Assembly: GCA_046563655.1 (NCBI GenBank)
Contig: CM102285.1
Span: 7,254,001 to 7,318,000 of the forward strand
DNA length: 64,000 nt
From: Yuukianura sp. NJ FZ-2021
Lineage: Eukaryota
Direction: 5' to 3'
Numbering within the stretch: position 1 is the stretch's first letter; each line of letters opens with the position of its first letter. Made by a program: the position numbers and the translations under genes. Below are positions 36,976 to 51,000 of this stretch, piece by piece. The notes beneath the pieces are model-generated. The model had not been told where the DNA came from. It worked only from the letters and a program-made list of their open reading frames with translations, and did no database searches.

Positions 36976-38575
36976 CGAGGACTGGCTCTTGGCCGTATTT
37001 CGAAATCTGAAATTCTGAAACACGGAAGTGGTTTCTTTTTGTTCAAAAATACTTTTGGCACCATTCCCGTTTCACAACGCGAAAAAAAAAGAATTCGACC
37101 CGGGGTGGGATTGAACACCTGTCGGGCGAAACGGCGAAAGTGACCTTTTTCGGGGTGGGGACTCTATCCCCTGGACCAAAACAAAGATCACAGAGCTGGT
37201 CCCTAGAAAATTAGTTTTTCATGCGCACAGGAAGGGGGAAAGTGAAAGTCAAAGAAATTTTTTTCAAATTAAAAGTTAACCGATTAAAATTAACAACGAC
37301 ACTAATTGCTCTTAAGAGGAGCATTCTACAACAAACAAATTACGATCTTTCCCCAGTTTTTCGCAAATACTCAAGGTTTATCTAATTTAATATCCCAGTT
37401 AAAAAAAAACAAAGTGACTTACTTTCGTCTAAAATCGTAACAATTTTAAATTTTTTTCAATTTTTGAAAGTTAACATCTTTTTAGAATATTCGCACTCTG
37501 TAATGTGATATTCAAAAAAGAAACAAGAAAAACAAAGTATCTTATTACAATGACTGCATCGGATGAAACGACTTTCTTTTTGACATTTTTTGCAAATCGG
37601 TGAGTCTCCTTTCTTCCAGTGAAAGCAAATCTGCTCAACTGAAAAAAAATTCTCCTTGTCGCTGGATTCCAGAAATCCTGCAGCTACAAAAGAGTAGCGT
37701 ATCATAGGGTTAAAAACTATGATTTCTCCAAATTGCAAGTTTTGATTTCGAAGAAAGCGAAGCACATCCATTATGTTGAAGCGTCGAAAGGCTATACTTT
37801 GGGTGAGAATCCGCGAATTTGACAATTCGTACTCTCTTCAAGTGGAATTTCGTTGACTTCCATCTCTTGCTCTATAGCAAACGATTCGTCCCGTTCATTG
37901 ATGTCTAAAAAGTTTAATTTTAAATTGTTGTCAGACACTTTCACCTTATGTGAAATAATATGAAAAATGTACAGTGTGTACAAGTTTTTGGAGTAAAAAG
38001 TTTAAATTCCAGATTCTGATGTCTTGATGTACCATGAATCGTCAAGTCTTCTTCTTCGGCTAAAACGAAATCATCCAGCATTTGCAAGAACAATTTAAAC
38101 AGTTTTCTTGCAAATAGTTCTGTACTTTCACTATGATTGGGAATATCGTGTCCTTTGAACTCCTTTTCTACAATCCGAACAAATTTTCTTGCGATTGTAA
38201 TAGGATTAACCTCTGACGACTCCATATTTGTGAAATACTTTGACTTTCACTTTAATAATGAGGAACTACGTCGGTTTTACGAAAAAAAACGTTTTTCTTG
38301 TACCTTCCATTTTTCCCTGCAGGTGTGCATCAATAATTACTTTTTTACCAACGGGAACAGCTAACTAGGTTTTGGTCCAGAGGATAGGGCTCCCACCCCG
38401 AAAAAGGTCACTTTCGCCGTTTCGCCCGATATGGGTTCAACCCCACCCCGGGTCGAATTCTTTTTTTTTCGCGTTGTGAAACGGGAATAGTGCCAAAAGT
38501 GTTTTTGGACAATGAGAAACCACTTCCGGGTTTCAGAATTTCAGATTTCGAAAAACGGCCAAGAGCCAGTCCTCG
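36976..38575 (-). mobile_element. Tc4/Tc5-like DNA transposon, internally deleted, ~205-bp TIRs
   Basis: TIRs cgaggactggctcttggccg... at 36976-~37181 and ~38369-38575. Flanks c-taa|...|taa-g give a TAA duplication in a CTAAG (CTNAG) site, the Tc4/Tc5 target. Internal ORF remnants end in a CxxC..CxxC..LCF Cys-rich tail, and no complete DDE core is present. Confidence 0.75.
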
Positions 38576-38601
38576 TAAGCTCTGTTTAACCTATGTTTAC
38601 C

Positions 38602-39234
38602 TTACAAAATAATGCAACTGCATTTCCGTTTAGGTTTTCCAGACGGTGCGCACAGCTCGTCAGCGAATGGTAGCTCATTCTTGTGTTTTCTCATGTGGAC
38701 ATCAAGTTGTGATTTGCGGACTGCGGAGTATACGCAGAAATTGCACTGAAATGGTTTCTCTTGCGCATGAATCCTCATGTGTCTCTTTAGACTACTGTCC
38801 CGCGTAAAAGTCTTTTGACACTGCGTACACTCGAACCGACGTTCCTTTGTGTGTGTGACGTAGTGGTTGGTCAACCCTGCCTGCGACTGTGCAGCATAAT
38901 TGCATAGTGTGCAATTATATTTGCTTACTTTTGTGTGTAGGATGAGGTGGTTCTGCAGTTTAGAATTTGTTTTGAATTTCCTTTTGCAATCGTTGCATTC
39001 AGACAACCCCTCCTGCGTGTGATCCTTCATGTGAAGTGTCAGTTGGCCTTTCTGGTTGAATGTTTTTGGACATCTAGAACACCTGAATGGTCGAACTTTC
39101 AAGTGGAGCACGGAATGCACACGCCGAGTTTTTGCCGTCTTGAGGACCTTGTGACACTGGTGACATTCGAATTTTGCCGGGGTTTCAGTGACCTTTGACC
39201 TTTGACCTTCCATGGTTGAGTCGGCACTAGCCAT
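38602..39234 (-). CDS. C2H2 zinc-finger protein (6 fingers)
   Basis: Tandem CxxC-x12-HxxxH fingers with TGEKPF-like linkers (HAQEKPFQC, HTKERRFEC) in one 210-aa ORF, preceded by an AG acceptor. Confidence 0.85.
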   Translation of the reverse strand: MASADSTMEGQRSKVTETPAKFECHQCHKVLKTAKTRRVHSVLHLKVRPFRCSRCPKTFNQKGQLTLHMKDHTQEGLSECNDCKRKFKTNSKLQNHLILHTKVSKYNCTLCNYAAQSQAGLTNHYVTHTKERRFECTQCQKTFTRDSSLKRHMRIHAQEKPFQCNFCVYSAVRKSQLDVHMRKHKNELPFADELCAPSGKPKRKCSCIIL

Positions 39235-39505
39235 CTAATGGTCAAAAACAAAACATGAACGAATTCTTGTTCTTCATATTTTTCTTATATGATTTGTGAA
39301 CGTTGGTGAAGCTGATATTCAGTAAATGCTTTCTGTCCTTACCCAATTTGACTGTGTGACCTCCAGCGGTATGACCTTGACCTTGACCTTCGACCTTGTC
39401 TTGCGAGAGTAACACAGCAAACGTCCTTCCCACTCTGACGCTATGTCCGGTCACTCATTCCACTAACTGATAGAACTGGGTGAACAAAATAATGGTGAAG
39501 TGGAA

Positions 39506-40553
39506 ATGGAAGCAGTGCTGACCAACTTGAAAGAAATTGTGGATGTGGTTCAAGAAATTGAGCGCAAGACGTTTTGTACAAAACGGTCTCCTATGGCTAC
39601 GAATCTAAACACTGTTTCTCTGCATATCCAGGTTGGTTCATAATAATCAATTATTAACAAAACTTATTAAACGTATTTATTTTACATTAAGTTTTTTTTT
39701 AATTTTAACATTTGATTTTACTAATACTAATCCTAATCCCTAATCCCTAATTTACTAATCCCTAAGCTAATGATCCCCGAATCAGTTTTGTCAAGTTGTT
39801 GCACGAAACTTGTTTCCTTGATTCAAGCTACAAGTTGATGAGACGCGTTGGATTCAACCATAGTTACCAATTCGTTAGCCTACTTGTCACCATCCTTCAA
39901 TCACTCCTCAAATGGGAAGCTGGAATTTTATTTCTCGCGAATGAATTGTCCCTTGACTTCTTACTCGCCATCAACGAGTCAGGACACTCACATGGCACGG
40001 ACTTCGTCACATATTTTTGTCACTGTGCCACTGTAAGTCCGGAAGCGCAACACAAGCTACTGGAATTCTGCTAGAAATTTTTAAAAGTGACTTTTTCCCT
40101 TCCAGGTTGTTGTTGATTTGTGTGTTGTGTCACGACATGTCTCAGCAGTTTTCTTCGAATAACGTGGATGATGTAGTTGATGCTTTGTTTGTGTTTGCTT
40201 TTACTGTCTTCTAACCTTGGGAGGTTAGCAGTTACTCGAATATACACTACTGGCAATTTATTGAGGGACTCTTGAATTGTATCAAATATTCCGCTACAAC
40301 GGAGGACAAAACTCAAGAACTTGAAAAAACTGCTATTGGAGGCTACGCAGTGGAAATTTTAGTACATGTTATACGTACTGCAGACAATTTGCCATTCCTC
40401 TCAGAAGTAAGTTATGTTTCGTTGGTTTTTACAGTCAAGATGCATCGTTCACTCTATTTGACTGAACTCTCATTACTGTATTTAAAGTACGGAATAGAAT
40501 CTACCAGCTCTATGATTCCATCGGTGAAGATTTCGAAGGCTACACGAAGTTGA
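39506..40553 (+). pseudogene. Possible degraded multi-exon gene abutting the satellite edge
   Basis: Exon-like blocks with GT-AG boundaries (MEAVLTNLKEIV..., RLLLICVLCHD...TVF*PWEV...LPFLSE) containing an in-frame stop. No family recognised. Confidence 0.3.
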
Positions 40554-43500
40554 TTGAATTTGTTGTTTTGAAATACGAATTTTCATAAATAAAGATAACA
40601 ACATGAGGGACGACACAGCAAGTGAAAGTGGGTCCCTGTAGCCTTTTTAATGAGGATTTCAAAACTGTAGTTGACTTTTACCCAGTATCGGTTCCGGAGT
40701 GCAACTTTCTTGAATTTGTTGTTTTGAAACATGAATTTTCATAAATAAAGGTAACAGGATGAGGGACGACACATCAAGTGAAAGAGGGGTTCCTGTAGCC
40801 CTTTTTATGAGGATTTCAAAAATGTAGTTGACTTTTACCCGGCATCGTTCCGCGCGGAGGTTTTTCGAATGTTTTATTTTGAAACAAATTTTTATAAACA
40901 AAAGTAACGAGATGAGGGACGACACAGCAAGTGAAAGTGGGTTACTGTAGCACTTTTTATGAGGAATTCAGAAATGTAGTTGACTTTTACACAGCATCGT
41001 TCCGGAATGCATTTCTTTTGAATTCTTTGTTTTGAAACATGAATTTTCATAAATAAAGGGAACAAAATGAGGGACGACACAGCAAGTGAAAGTGTGTACC
41101 TGTAGCACTTTTTATGAGGATTTCAAAAATATAATTTACTTTTCGTTCATTCTCACATTTGCATGTTCATTCTCACAAATTTAAGTCGTTTTACGTCAAA
41201 ATGGTGCTCGGCATTACCCTGGGTGCGGTATAAAAACCCCAGATAAAGTTCGAGGCGGAGCGATTAATCCCGACTTTTAAGTCCGCTCTATCCAGTTTAA
41301 TGGCGATCTATCCACACCAATTAAACTTGGGGTCCTGCAGTACTTTTCAGGAGGAGTTCAGAAAAGTAAGTCATTTTCACCCGGCATCGTTCCGCACTGA
41401 GGTTTTTCGAATGCTTTGTTTTGGAACAAATTTTATAAATAAAAGTAACGAGATGAGGGACGACACAGCAAGTGAAATTGGGTTCATGTAGCCTTTTTTA
41501 TGAGGATTTCAAAACTGTAGTTGACTTTTACCCAGTATCGTTCCGGAGTGCAACTTTCTTGAATTTGTTGTTTTGAAACATGAATTTTCGTAAATAAAGG
41601 TAACAAGATGAGGGACGACACAGCAAGTGAAAGTGTGTACCTGTAGCACTTTTTATGAGGATTTCAAAAATGTAATTTACTCTTCGTTCATTCTCACATT
41701 TGCATGTTCATTCTCACAAATTTAAGTCGTTGTACGTCAAAATGGTGCTCGGCATTACCCTGGGTGCGGTATAAAAACCCCGGAAAAAATTCGAGGCGGA
41801 ACGATTAATCCAGACTTTTAAGTTAGCTCTATCCAGCTTTAATTGCGATCTATCCACACCAATTAAACTTGGGGGCCTGCAGTACTTTTCAGGAGGATTT
41901 CAGAAAAGTAAGTCATTTTCACCCGGCATCGTTCCGCACTGAGTTTTTTCGAATGCTTTGTTTTGAAACAAATTTTCATACATAAAGGGAACAAGATGAG
42001 GCACGACACAGCAAGTGAAAGTGTGTACCTGTAGCACTTTTTATGAGGATTTCAAAACTGTAGTTGACTTTTACCCAGTATCGTCCCGGAGTGCAACTTT
42101 CTTGAATTTGTTGTTTTGAAATATGAATTTTCATAAATAAAGGTAACAAGATGAGGGACGACACAGCAAGTGAAAGTGGGTTACTGTAGCACTTTTTATG
42201 AGGAATTCAGAAATGTAGTTGACTTTTACCCAGCATCGTTCCGGAATGCATTTCTTTTGAATTCTTTGTTTTGAAACATGAATTTTCATAAATAAAGGTA
42301 ACAAGATGAGGGACGACACAGCAAGTGAAAGTGGGTTCCTGTAGCACTTTTTATGAGGATTTCAAAAATGTAATCTACTCTTCGTTCATTCTCACATTTG
42401 CATGTTCATTCTCACAAATTTAAGTCGTTTTACGTCGAAATGGTGCTCGGCATTACCCTGGGTGCGGTATAAAAACCCCAGATAAAATTCGAGGCGGAGC
42501 GATTAATCCCGACTTTTAAGTCCGCTCTATCCAGCTTTAATGGCGATCTATCCACACCAATTAAACTTGGGGTCCTGCAGTACTTTTCAGGAGGAGTTCA
42601 GAAAAGTAAGTCATTTTCACCCGGCATCGTTCCGCTCTGAGGTTTTTCGAATGCTTCGTTTTGAAACAAATTTTCATAAATAAAAGTAACGAGATGAGGG
42701 ACGACACAGCAAGTGAAATTGGGTTCATGTAGCCTTTTTTAAGAGGATTTCAAAACTGTAGTTGACTTTTACAAAGTATCATTCCGGAGTGCAACTTTCT
42801 TGAAATGTTGTTTTGAAACATGAATTTTCATAAATAAAGGTAACAAGATGAGGGACGACACAGCAAATGAAAGTGGTTTCCTGTAGCACTTTTTATGAGG
42901 AATTCAGAAATGTAGTTGACTTTTACCCAGCATCGTTCCGGAATGCATTTCTTTTGAATTCTTTGTTTTGAAACATGAATTTTCATAAATAAAGGGAACA
43001 AGATGAGTGACGACACAGCAAGTGAAAGTGGGTTCCTGTAGCACTTTTTATGAGGATTTCAAAAATGTAATCTACTCTTCGTTCATTCTCACATTTGCAT
43101 GTTCATTCTCACAAATTTAAGTCGTTGTACGTCAAAATGGTGCTCGGCATTACCCTGGGTGCGGTATAAAAACCCCGGAAAAAATTCGAGGCGGAACGAT
43201 TAATCCAGACTTTTAAGTTAGCTCTATCCAGCTTTAATTGCGATCTATCCACACCAATTAAACTTGGGGGCCTGCAGTACTTTTCAGGAGGATTTCAGAA
43301 AAGTAAGTCATTTTCACCCGGCATCGTTCCGCACTGAGTTTTTTCGAATGCTTTGTTTTGAAACAAATTTTCATACATAAAGGGAACAAGATGAGGCACG
43401 ACACAGCAAGTGAAAGTGTGTACCTGTAGCACTTTTTATGAGGATTTCAAAACTGTAGTTGACTTTTACCCAGTATCGTCCCGGAGTGCAACTTTCTTGA

Positions 43501-46500
43501 ATTTGTTGTTTTGAAATATGAATTTTCATAAATAAAGGTAACAAGATGAGGGACGACACAGCAAGTGAAAGTGGGTTACTGTAGCACTTTTTATGAGGAA
43601 TTCAGAAATGTAGTTGACTTTTACCCAGCATCGTTCCGGAATGCATTTCTTTTGAATTCTTTGTTTTGAAACATGAATTTTCATAAATAAAGGTAACAAG
43701 ATGAGGGACGACACAGCAAGTGAAAGTGGGTTCCTGTAGCACTTTTTATGAGGATTTCAAAAATGTAATCTACTCTTCGTTCATTCTCACATTTGCATGT
43801 TCATTCTCACAAATTTAAGTCGTTTTACGTCGAAATGGTGCTCGGCATTACCCTGGGTGCGGTATAAAAACCCCAGATAAAATTCGAGGCGGAGCGATTA
43901 ATCCCGACTTTTAAGTCCGCTCTATCCAGCTTTAATGGCGATCTATCCACACCAATTAAACTTGGGGTCCTGCAGTACTTTTCAGGAGGAGTTCAGAAAA
44001 GTAAGTCATTTTCACCCGGCATCGTTCCGCTCTGAGGTTTTTCCAATGCTTCGTTTTGAAACAAATTTTCATAAATAAAAGTAACGAGATGAGGGACGAC
44101 ACAGCAAGTGAAATTGGGTTCATGTAGCCTTTTTTATGAGGATTTCAAAACTGTAGTTGACTTTTACCCAGTATCGTTCCGGAGTGCAACTTTCTTGAAT
44201 TTGTTGTTTTGAAACATGAATTTTCGTAAATAAAGGTAACAAGATGAGGGACGACACAGCAAGTGAAAGTGTGTACCTGTAGCACTTTTTATGAGGATTT
44301 CAAAAATGTAATTTACTCTTCGTTCATTCTCACATTTGCATGTTCATTCTCACAAATTTAAGTCGTTGTACGTCAAAATGGTGCTCGGCATTACCCTGGG
44401 TGCGGTATAAAAACCCCGGAAAAAATTCGAGGCGGAACGATTAATCCAGACTTTTAAGTTAGCTCTATCCAGCTTTAATTGCGATCTATCCACACCAATT
44501 AAACTTGGGGGCCTGCAGTACTTTTCAGGAGGATTTCAGAAAAGTAAGTCATTTTCACCCGGCATCGTTCCGCACTGAGTTTTTTCGAATGCTTTGTTTT
44601 GAAACAAATTTTCATACATAAAGGGAACAAGATGAGGCACGACACAGCAAGTGAAAGTGTGTACCTGTAGCACTTTTTATGAGGATTTCAAAACTGTAGT
44701 TGACTTTTACCCAGTATCGTCCCGGAGTGCAACTTTCTTGAATTTGTTGTTTTGAAATATGAATTTTCATAAATAAAGGTAACAAGATGAGGGACGACAC
44801 AGCAAGTGAAAGTGGGTTACTGTAGCACTTTTTATGAGGAATTCAGAAATGTAGTTGACTTTTACCCAGCATCGTTCCGGAATGCATTTCTTTTGAATTC
44901 TTTGTTTTGAAACATGAATTTTCATAAATAAAGGTAACAAGATGAGGGACGACACAGCAAGTGAAAGTGGGTTCCTGTAGCACTTTTTATGAGGATTTCA
45001 AAAATGTAATCTACTCTTCGTTCATTCTCACATTTGCATGTTCATTCTCACAAATTTAAGTCGTTTTACGTCGAAATGGTGCTCGGCATTACCCTGGGTG
45101 CGGTATAAAAACCCCAGATAAAATTCGAGGCGGAGCGATTAATCCCGACTTTTAAGTCCGCTCTATCCAGCTTTAATGGCGATCTATCCACACCAATTAA
45201 ACTTGGGGTCCTGCAGTACTTTTCAGGAGGAGTTCAGAAAAGTAAGTCATTTTCACCCGGCATCGTTCCGCTCTGAGGTTTTTCCAATGCTTCGTTTTGA
45301 AACAAATTTTCATAAATAAAAGTAACGAGATGAGGGACGACACAGCAAGTGAAATTGGGTTCATGTAGCCTTTTTTATGAGGATTTCAAAACTGTAGTTG
45401 ACTTTTACCCAGTATCGTTCCGGAGTGCAACTTTCTTGAATTTGTTGTTTTGAAACATGAATTTTCGTAAATAAAGGTAACAAGATGAGGGACGACACAG
45501 CAAGTGAAAGTGTGTACCTGTAGCACTTTTTATGAGGATTTCAAAAATGTAATTTACTCTTCGTTCATTCTCACATTTGCATGTTCATTCTCACAAATTT
45601 AAGTCGTTGTACGTCAAAATGGTGCTCGGCATTACCCTGGGTGCGGTATAAAAACCCCGGAAAAAATTCGAGGCGGAACGATTAATCCAGACTTTTAAGT
45701 TAGCTCTATCCAGCTTTAATTGCGATCTATCCACACCAATTAAACTTGGGGGCCTGCAGTACTTTTCAGGAGGATTTCAGAAAAGTAAGTCATTTTCACC
45801 CGGCATCGTTCCGCACTGAGTTTTTTCGAATGCTTTGTTTTGAAACAAATTTTCATACATAAAGGGAACAAGATGAGGCACGACACAGCAAGTGAAAGTG
45901 TGTACCTGTAGCACTTTTTATGAGGATTTCAAAACTGTAGTTGACTTTTACCCAGTATCGTCCCGGAGTGCAACTTTCTTGAATTTGTTGTTTTGAAATA
46001 TGAATTTTCATAAATAAAGGTAACAAGATGAGGGACGACACAGCAAGTGAAAGTGGGTTACTGTAGCACTTTTTATGAGGAATTCAGAAATGTAGTTGAC
46101 TTTTACCCAGCATCGTTCCGGAATGCATTTCTTTTGAATTCTTTGTTTTGAAACATGAATTTTCATAAATAAAGGTAACAAGATGAGGGACGACACAGCA
46201 AGTGAAAGTGGGTTCCTGTAGCACTTTTTATGAGGATTTCAAAAATGTAATCTACTCTTCGTTCATTCTCACATTTGCATGTTCATTCTCACAAATTTAA
46301 GTCGTTTTACGTCGAAATGGTGCTCGGCATTACCCTGGGTGCGGTATAAAAACCCCAGATAAAATTCGAGGCGGAGCGATTAATCCCGACTTTTAAGTCC
46401 GCTCTATCCAGCTTTAATGGCGATCTATCCACACCAATTAAACTTGGGGTCCTGCAGTACTTTTCAGGAGGAGTTCAGAAAAGTAAGTCATTTTCACCCG

Positions 46501-47350
46501 GCATCGTTCCGCTCTGAGGTTTTTCGAATGCTTCGTTTTGAAACAAATTTTCATAAATAAAAGTAACGAGATGAGGGACGACACAGCAAGTGAAATTGGG
46601 TTCATGTAGCCTTTTTTAAGAGGATTTCAAAACTGTAGTTGACTTTTACAAAGTATCATTCCGGAGTGCAACTTTCTTGAAATGTTGTTTTGAAACATGA
46701 ATTTTCATAAATAAAGGTAACAAGATGAGGGACGACACAGCAAATGAAAGTGGTTTCCTGTAGCACTTTTTATGAGGAATTCAGAAATGTAGTTGACTTT
46801 TACCCAGCATCGTTCCGGAATGCATTTCTTTTGAATTCTTTGTTTTGAAACATGAATTTTCATAAATAAAGGGAACAAGATGAGTGACGACACAGCAAGT
46901 GAAAGTGGGTTCCTGTAGCACTTTTTATGAGGATTTCAAAAATGTAATCTACTCTTCGTTCATTCTCACATTTGCATGTTCATTCTCACAAATTTAAGTC
47001 GTTGTACGTCAAAATGGTGCTCGGCATTACCCTGGGTGCGGTATAAAAACCCCGGAAAAAATTCGAGGCGGAACGATTAATCCAGACTTTTAAGTTAGCT
47101 CTATCCAGCTTTAATTGCGATCTATCCACACCAATTAAACTTGGGGGCCTGCAGTACTTTTCAGGAGGATTTCAGAAAAGTAAGTCATTTTCACCCGGCA
47201 TCGTTCCGCACTGAGTTTTTTCGAATGCTTTGTTTTGAAACAAATTTTCATACATAAAGGGAACAAGATGAGGCACGACACAGCAAGTGAAAGTGTGTAC
47301 CTGTAGCACTTTTTATGAGGATTTCAAAACTGTAGTTGACTTTTACCCAG
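40554..47350. repeat. Satellite array, left part: 155-bp monomers plus ~233-bp spacer; units of ~543/698 bp and super-units of 1241/1395 bp
   Basis: Recurring gatgagggacgacacagcaagtgaaagtg. Similar ORFs recur at a 155-bp offset (41976/42131), and identical ones at 1395 and 1241 offsets (41976, 43371, 44612, 45853). Confidence 0.95.
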
Positions 47351-47853
47351 TGTAGGATAAGTTGGCATTTCTATTTTTACTTAAGCATAACTTTAAGTTT
47401 CCCGCCCTTTTAAACGAAAGGTCAGTTTTTCTTGAGACTTTGTGGGCCTATAGGTTTAAGTATTTATAGTGTTTCCTATAAGTTATAGCTTCGCCATAAG
47501 TCGCGTTTGTGTATAGTGGGTGGAGATAGGGTGCGACGTTAGCGTCTGGCGTCTGGCCTTCGGCTATTCTGTCTTTTCTCCTCTCCCTCTTTTTGTGTGT
47601 TCCCATAAGCATAAGAATAAGTATAAGAAAAAAAGACAAGATTCAGACTTTGAAGAGACAACACATAAGTTAAGTTTCTAAGTTGTCAATAATTGGATTT
47701 AATTGGTAAAGAATATTAATAAACTAGTAAAACTAACATCCACCACAGTCCAATCGATCAGTCCATTAAGCAGCGTTTGAGAGCCGGCCAAGTTACAGAA
47801 CTCCCATTGATATAGCGTAATCGACGGGTAGTTGGTTAGCGCTATATTCTACA
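47351..47853 (+). repeat. 5' LTR (503 bp)
   Basis: tgtaggataag...tattctaca, near-identical to the 3' LTR. Confidence 0.95.
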
Positions 47854-48065
47854 TTTGTGGTGACCCTCGGAGTAAACTTGGAGTTGTTGGATCCACGCAG
47901 CCTTGGAGGATCGTTCTGGAAGGATCACTGGACATCACTGATAAACAACAGTATACGTAGAGGCGACCACTGCCGGAGTGTGGTTAAGCAAGGTGATTGT
48001 CGCTCCAGTGACGATTGTTAGTATTCTTACTAATTTTGGTATTTTGTTGAATCTTGTTTTGAGAC

Positions 48066-51000
48066 ATGGATCGAGCCAAGAGAGCACGAGACATGAAAAG
48101 ACTGGATGTTGCGGATCTTACTGCAAATTTAGAATCCGAACTCCAAAGGGAATCGATTTCCGAAGAAGACGTCATCACTGCTCTGTCTATGCTGGATGAC
48201 GCAATGAACTCGTTGGTGGATCTGAATGAACAAGTGGAGACTTTTCTTTTGGATGATGAGTCGACTTCGACCGAGATGTTGGATACGGAGCGTCGTGCCA
48301 ACAATGACATCAAAAGGAAGGCCACTTTAATCAAGATTAAGGCAGAACGGACACTGCATCCGCCAGTCAAGTCACAGAATCGTTCGTCGAATGATGATGG
48401 TGCATCGTCCACCAGCCGACACAGGAAGATGAAGTTACCTAAGACAGAGTTACGAAAGTACTCTGGAGAACTGGTCGACTGGATTGGGTGGTGGTCACAA
48501 TTCAAGAAGATTGACGACGATGACGAAATACACGTTGTGGACAAATTCGGTTATCTAGTTCAGTGTATGGTGCGAGGATCCAAGGCAGAGGAAGTAGTCA
48601 AGCGGTACCCTGAGTCGGCCGAAAACTACCCAAAGGCTTTGGAGGCACTGAAAGAGAGGTTCGGGAATCCGAAACTGCTGAAGCAAGTGTATGTTCGAGA
48701 ACTAATGAAGTTAATGTGGGACACTTGGGCGAAGGAGAAGAAGCCATTGGATATCCTTTATGGGAAATTAGAAGCTTCTCTTCAGTCTCTACAATCCCTT
48801 GGTGTAAGTGTTGACAACATGGTTGAACTGTTGTTTCCTATGGTGGAATCCTGCTTGCCGGAGGACATTTTGGTTGCTTGGCAACGAAGTTCCGACTTTG
48901 GGCGTGATGGGTCCAAGGAGAACCCACCAAAGAGTGAACTTGACTTCCTACTGGCATTTCTCAAGAGAGAAGCGGGCAACAAGGAACAACGGGCACTTAC
49001 TCAGATTGGTTTTGGACCTGGTCCTAGCCAAAAGAAGAAAAACCACAGCAGTCCCAGAGAAGAAGATGATGTGCCCACGGCGGCTGGACTGTTCAGTGGA
49101 CAATTTGAAAACAAAGAGAGAAGCCAGTGCTTGTTCTGTGAAAAGCAGCATCCCTCCAAAGAGTGCTTTAAGGCACAGAAGATGACATTAGAAGACAGAA
49201 AGGAGGTCATCAAGAAGAAGGGTGTTTGTTTTTCGTGTTTAAAAGGCGGACATAGGGCTAATAAGTGTCGTAGTACTCCTCAGTGCCTTGTCTGCGGTAA
49301 GAAGCATTTGGTTCTACTCTGCCCCCAGATCTCATCGTCTACCAGAGGTTCCAGTGATGGAAAAGACAAAGATGATGGGAAGAAGAATCAGACTGTGCTC
49401 TCAAGTCTCAACTGTACCAGCGAAGTCGTACTCCAGACGCTGATCGTGCAGTTGGAGAACCCAGTGAGCCACAAGAAGAAGAACGTTCGTGTTCTACTCG
49501 ACTGCGGGAGTCAAAAGTCATACATCCTAGATTGTACGGCCAAGGAGCTGGATCTGGATCAGAAGGACACCGTGGTCATGAATCATTCATTGTTTGGAGG
49601 GACAAATGTCGTAGGGAATAAGCATTCAATCTACAAGGTTTTAATCGGCAGTGTTTCTTCTAAGTTTTCAGTTCCTCTCCTTCTCCTGGACCAGCATCAG
49701 ATCTGCGGAGCAATTCCGAGAATTACGCCTGGCCCATGGATGAAGATGCTCAGAGACAGAGGAATTGTTTTGAACGACTTTGATCCGAAGAATCCCGTCG
49801 AAATTGAAGTTTTGTTGGGTGCAGACACCATTGGACAATTTTTGACTGGGAAGATCTTCCGTCTCAAGAACGGGTTGACGGCAACCGAGACAAGATTGGG
49901 TTGGACGGTCATGGGAGCTACAGGAAGACAGAGCAATTCTGAAGACGTAGCCATGACTGTGGTTTCCATGACTATCGCTAGTTCGACAGTCGCCCAGCTT
50001 TGGTCTTTGGATGTCCTTGGAATTCGTGACCCCGTGGAGAAGAAGACGCAAGAAGACCGGGAGAGAGAGGCTATTGAAAATTTCCAGAAGACAGTTACTA
50101 CAGATCCTGAGGGAAGATACACTGTCTCTCTACCTTGGATCAATGGTTCGCAATCTCTTCCTACAAATCGTGCAGTGGCTCAGAAGCGGTTGGAAAACAC
50201 CACCAGGAAGTTAGTGTCTCTGAATCGGTTCTCAGATTATGACAAAGTATTTCAAGAATGGGAATCCGAGGGCATAATTTCAGTGGTAGAGGACTTGGGT
50301 GACAGTGAGAGTGTTCCGTGTCATTATGTTCCTCATCGCGCCGTTTTCAAGGCCAGTATAACTACTCCAGTGCGTCCAGTGTTCGACGCTTCGTGTAAGA
50401 CCGGGAGGAATCCGTCACTTAATGAGTGTTTGGAGAAAGGACCGAATCTGCTTGAACTTCTTCCTTCAATTTTACTTCGTTTCAGGATGGGGAAGATTGG
50501 TGTCATAGCAGATATCCGTAAGGCCTTTCTTATGATCGATGTGAAAGAAAGTGATCGTGATTTCCTGAGATTTCTATGGTGGGAGGACCAAGAACGACAA
50601 AAAGTGAAAGTGTTTCGGCACAACCGAGTCGTTTTTGGGATGAACTGTAGTCCATTCCTTCTAGGTGCAGTTGTCTTCCATCATTTGAACCAGCATCGGT
50701 GTGAAAATCCCGAGGTCGTAAGTTTGATCGAAAGATCACTTTATGTGGACAATGTAGCTCTTACAGTGGACAGCGATTCCGACTATGAAAAAGTGAAATC
50801 AGTTTCTTCAGACATTTTTTCACAGGCTACAATGGACCTTCGACAGTGGGAGAGAACCGGTGTCTGGACAGATCAAATCATTACCAGTGTTCTAGGGATG
50901 AAGTGGGATAAGAAGGCGGACACAATCTTTTGTGATGTGATTCCGAGTGTCATTCCATTAAAAGTGACTAAAAGAGTTATTTTATCTCAATTGCAGAAAC

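Noticed and set aside
37085..37180. Genuine tRNA gene
   Set aside because: No convincing cloverleaf or anticodon arm, and it lies within both transposon TIRs. Reported only as a tRNA-like promoter arrangement.
39720..39770. (CCCTAAT)n telomere-like repeats
   Set aside because: Only a few degenerate copies in intron-like DNA; simple repeat.
47448..47639. 63-64-aa minus-strand ORF in both LTRs
   Set aside because: It is duplicated only because the LTRs are duplicated, and has no recognisable coding features.
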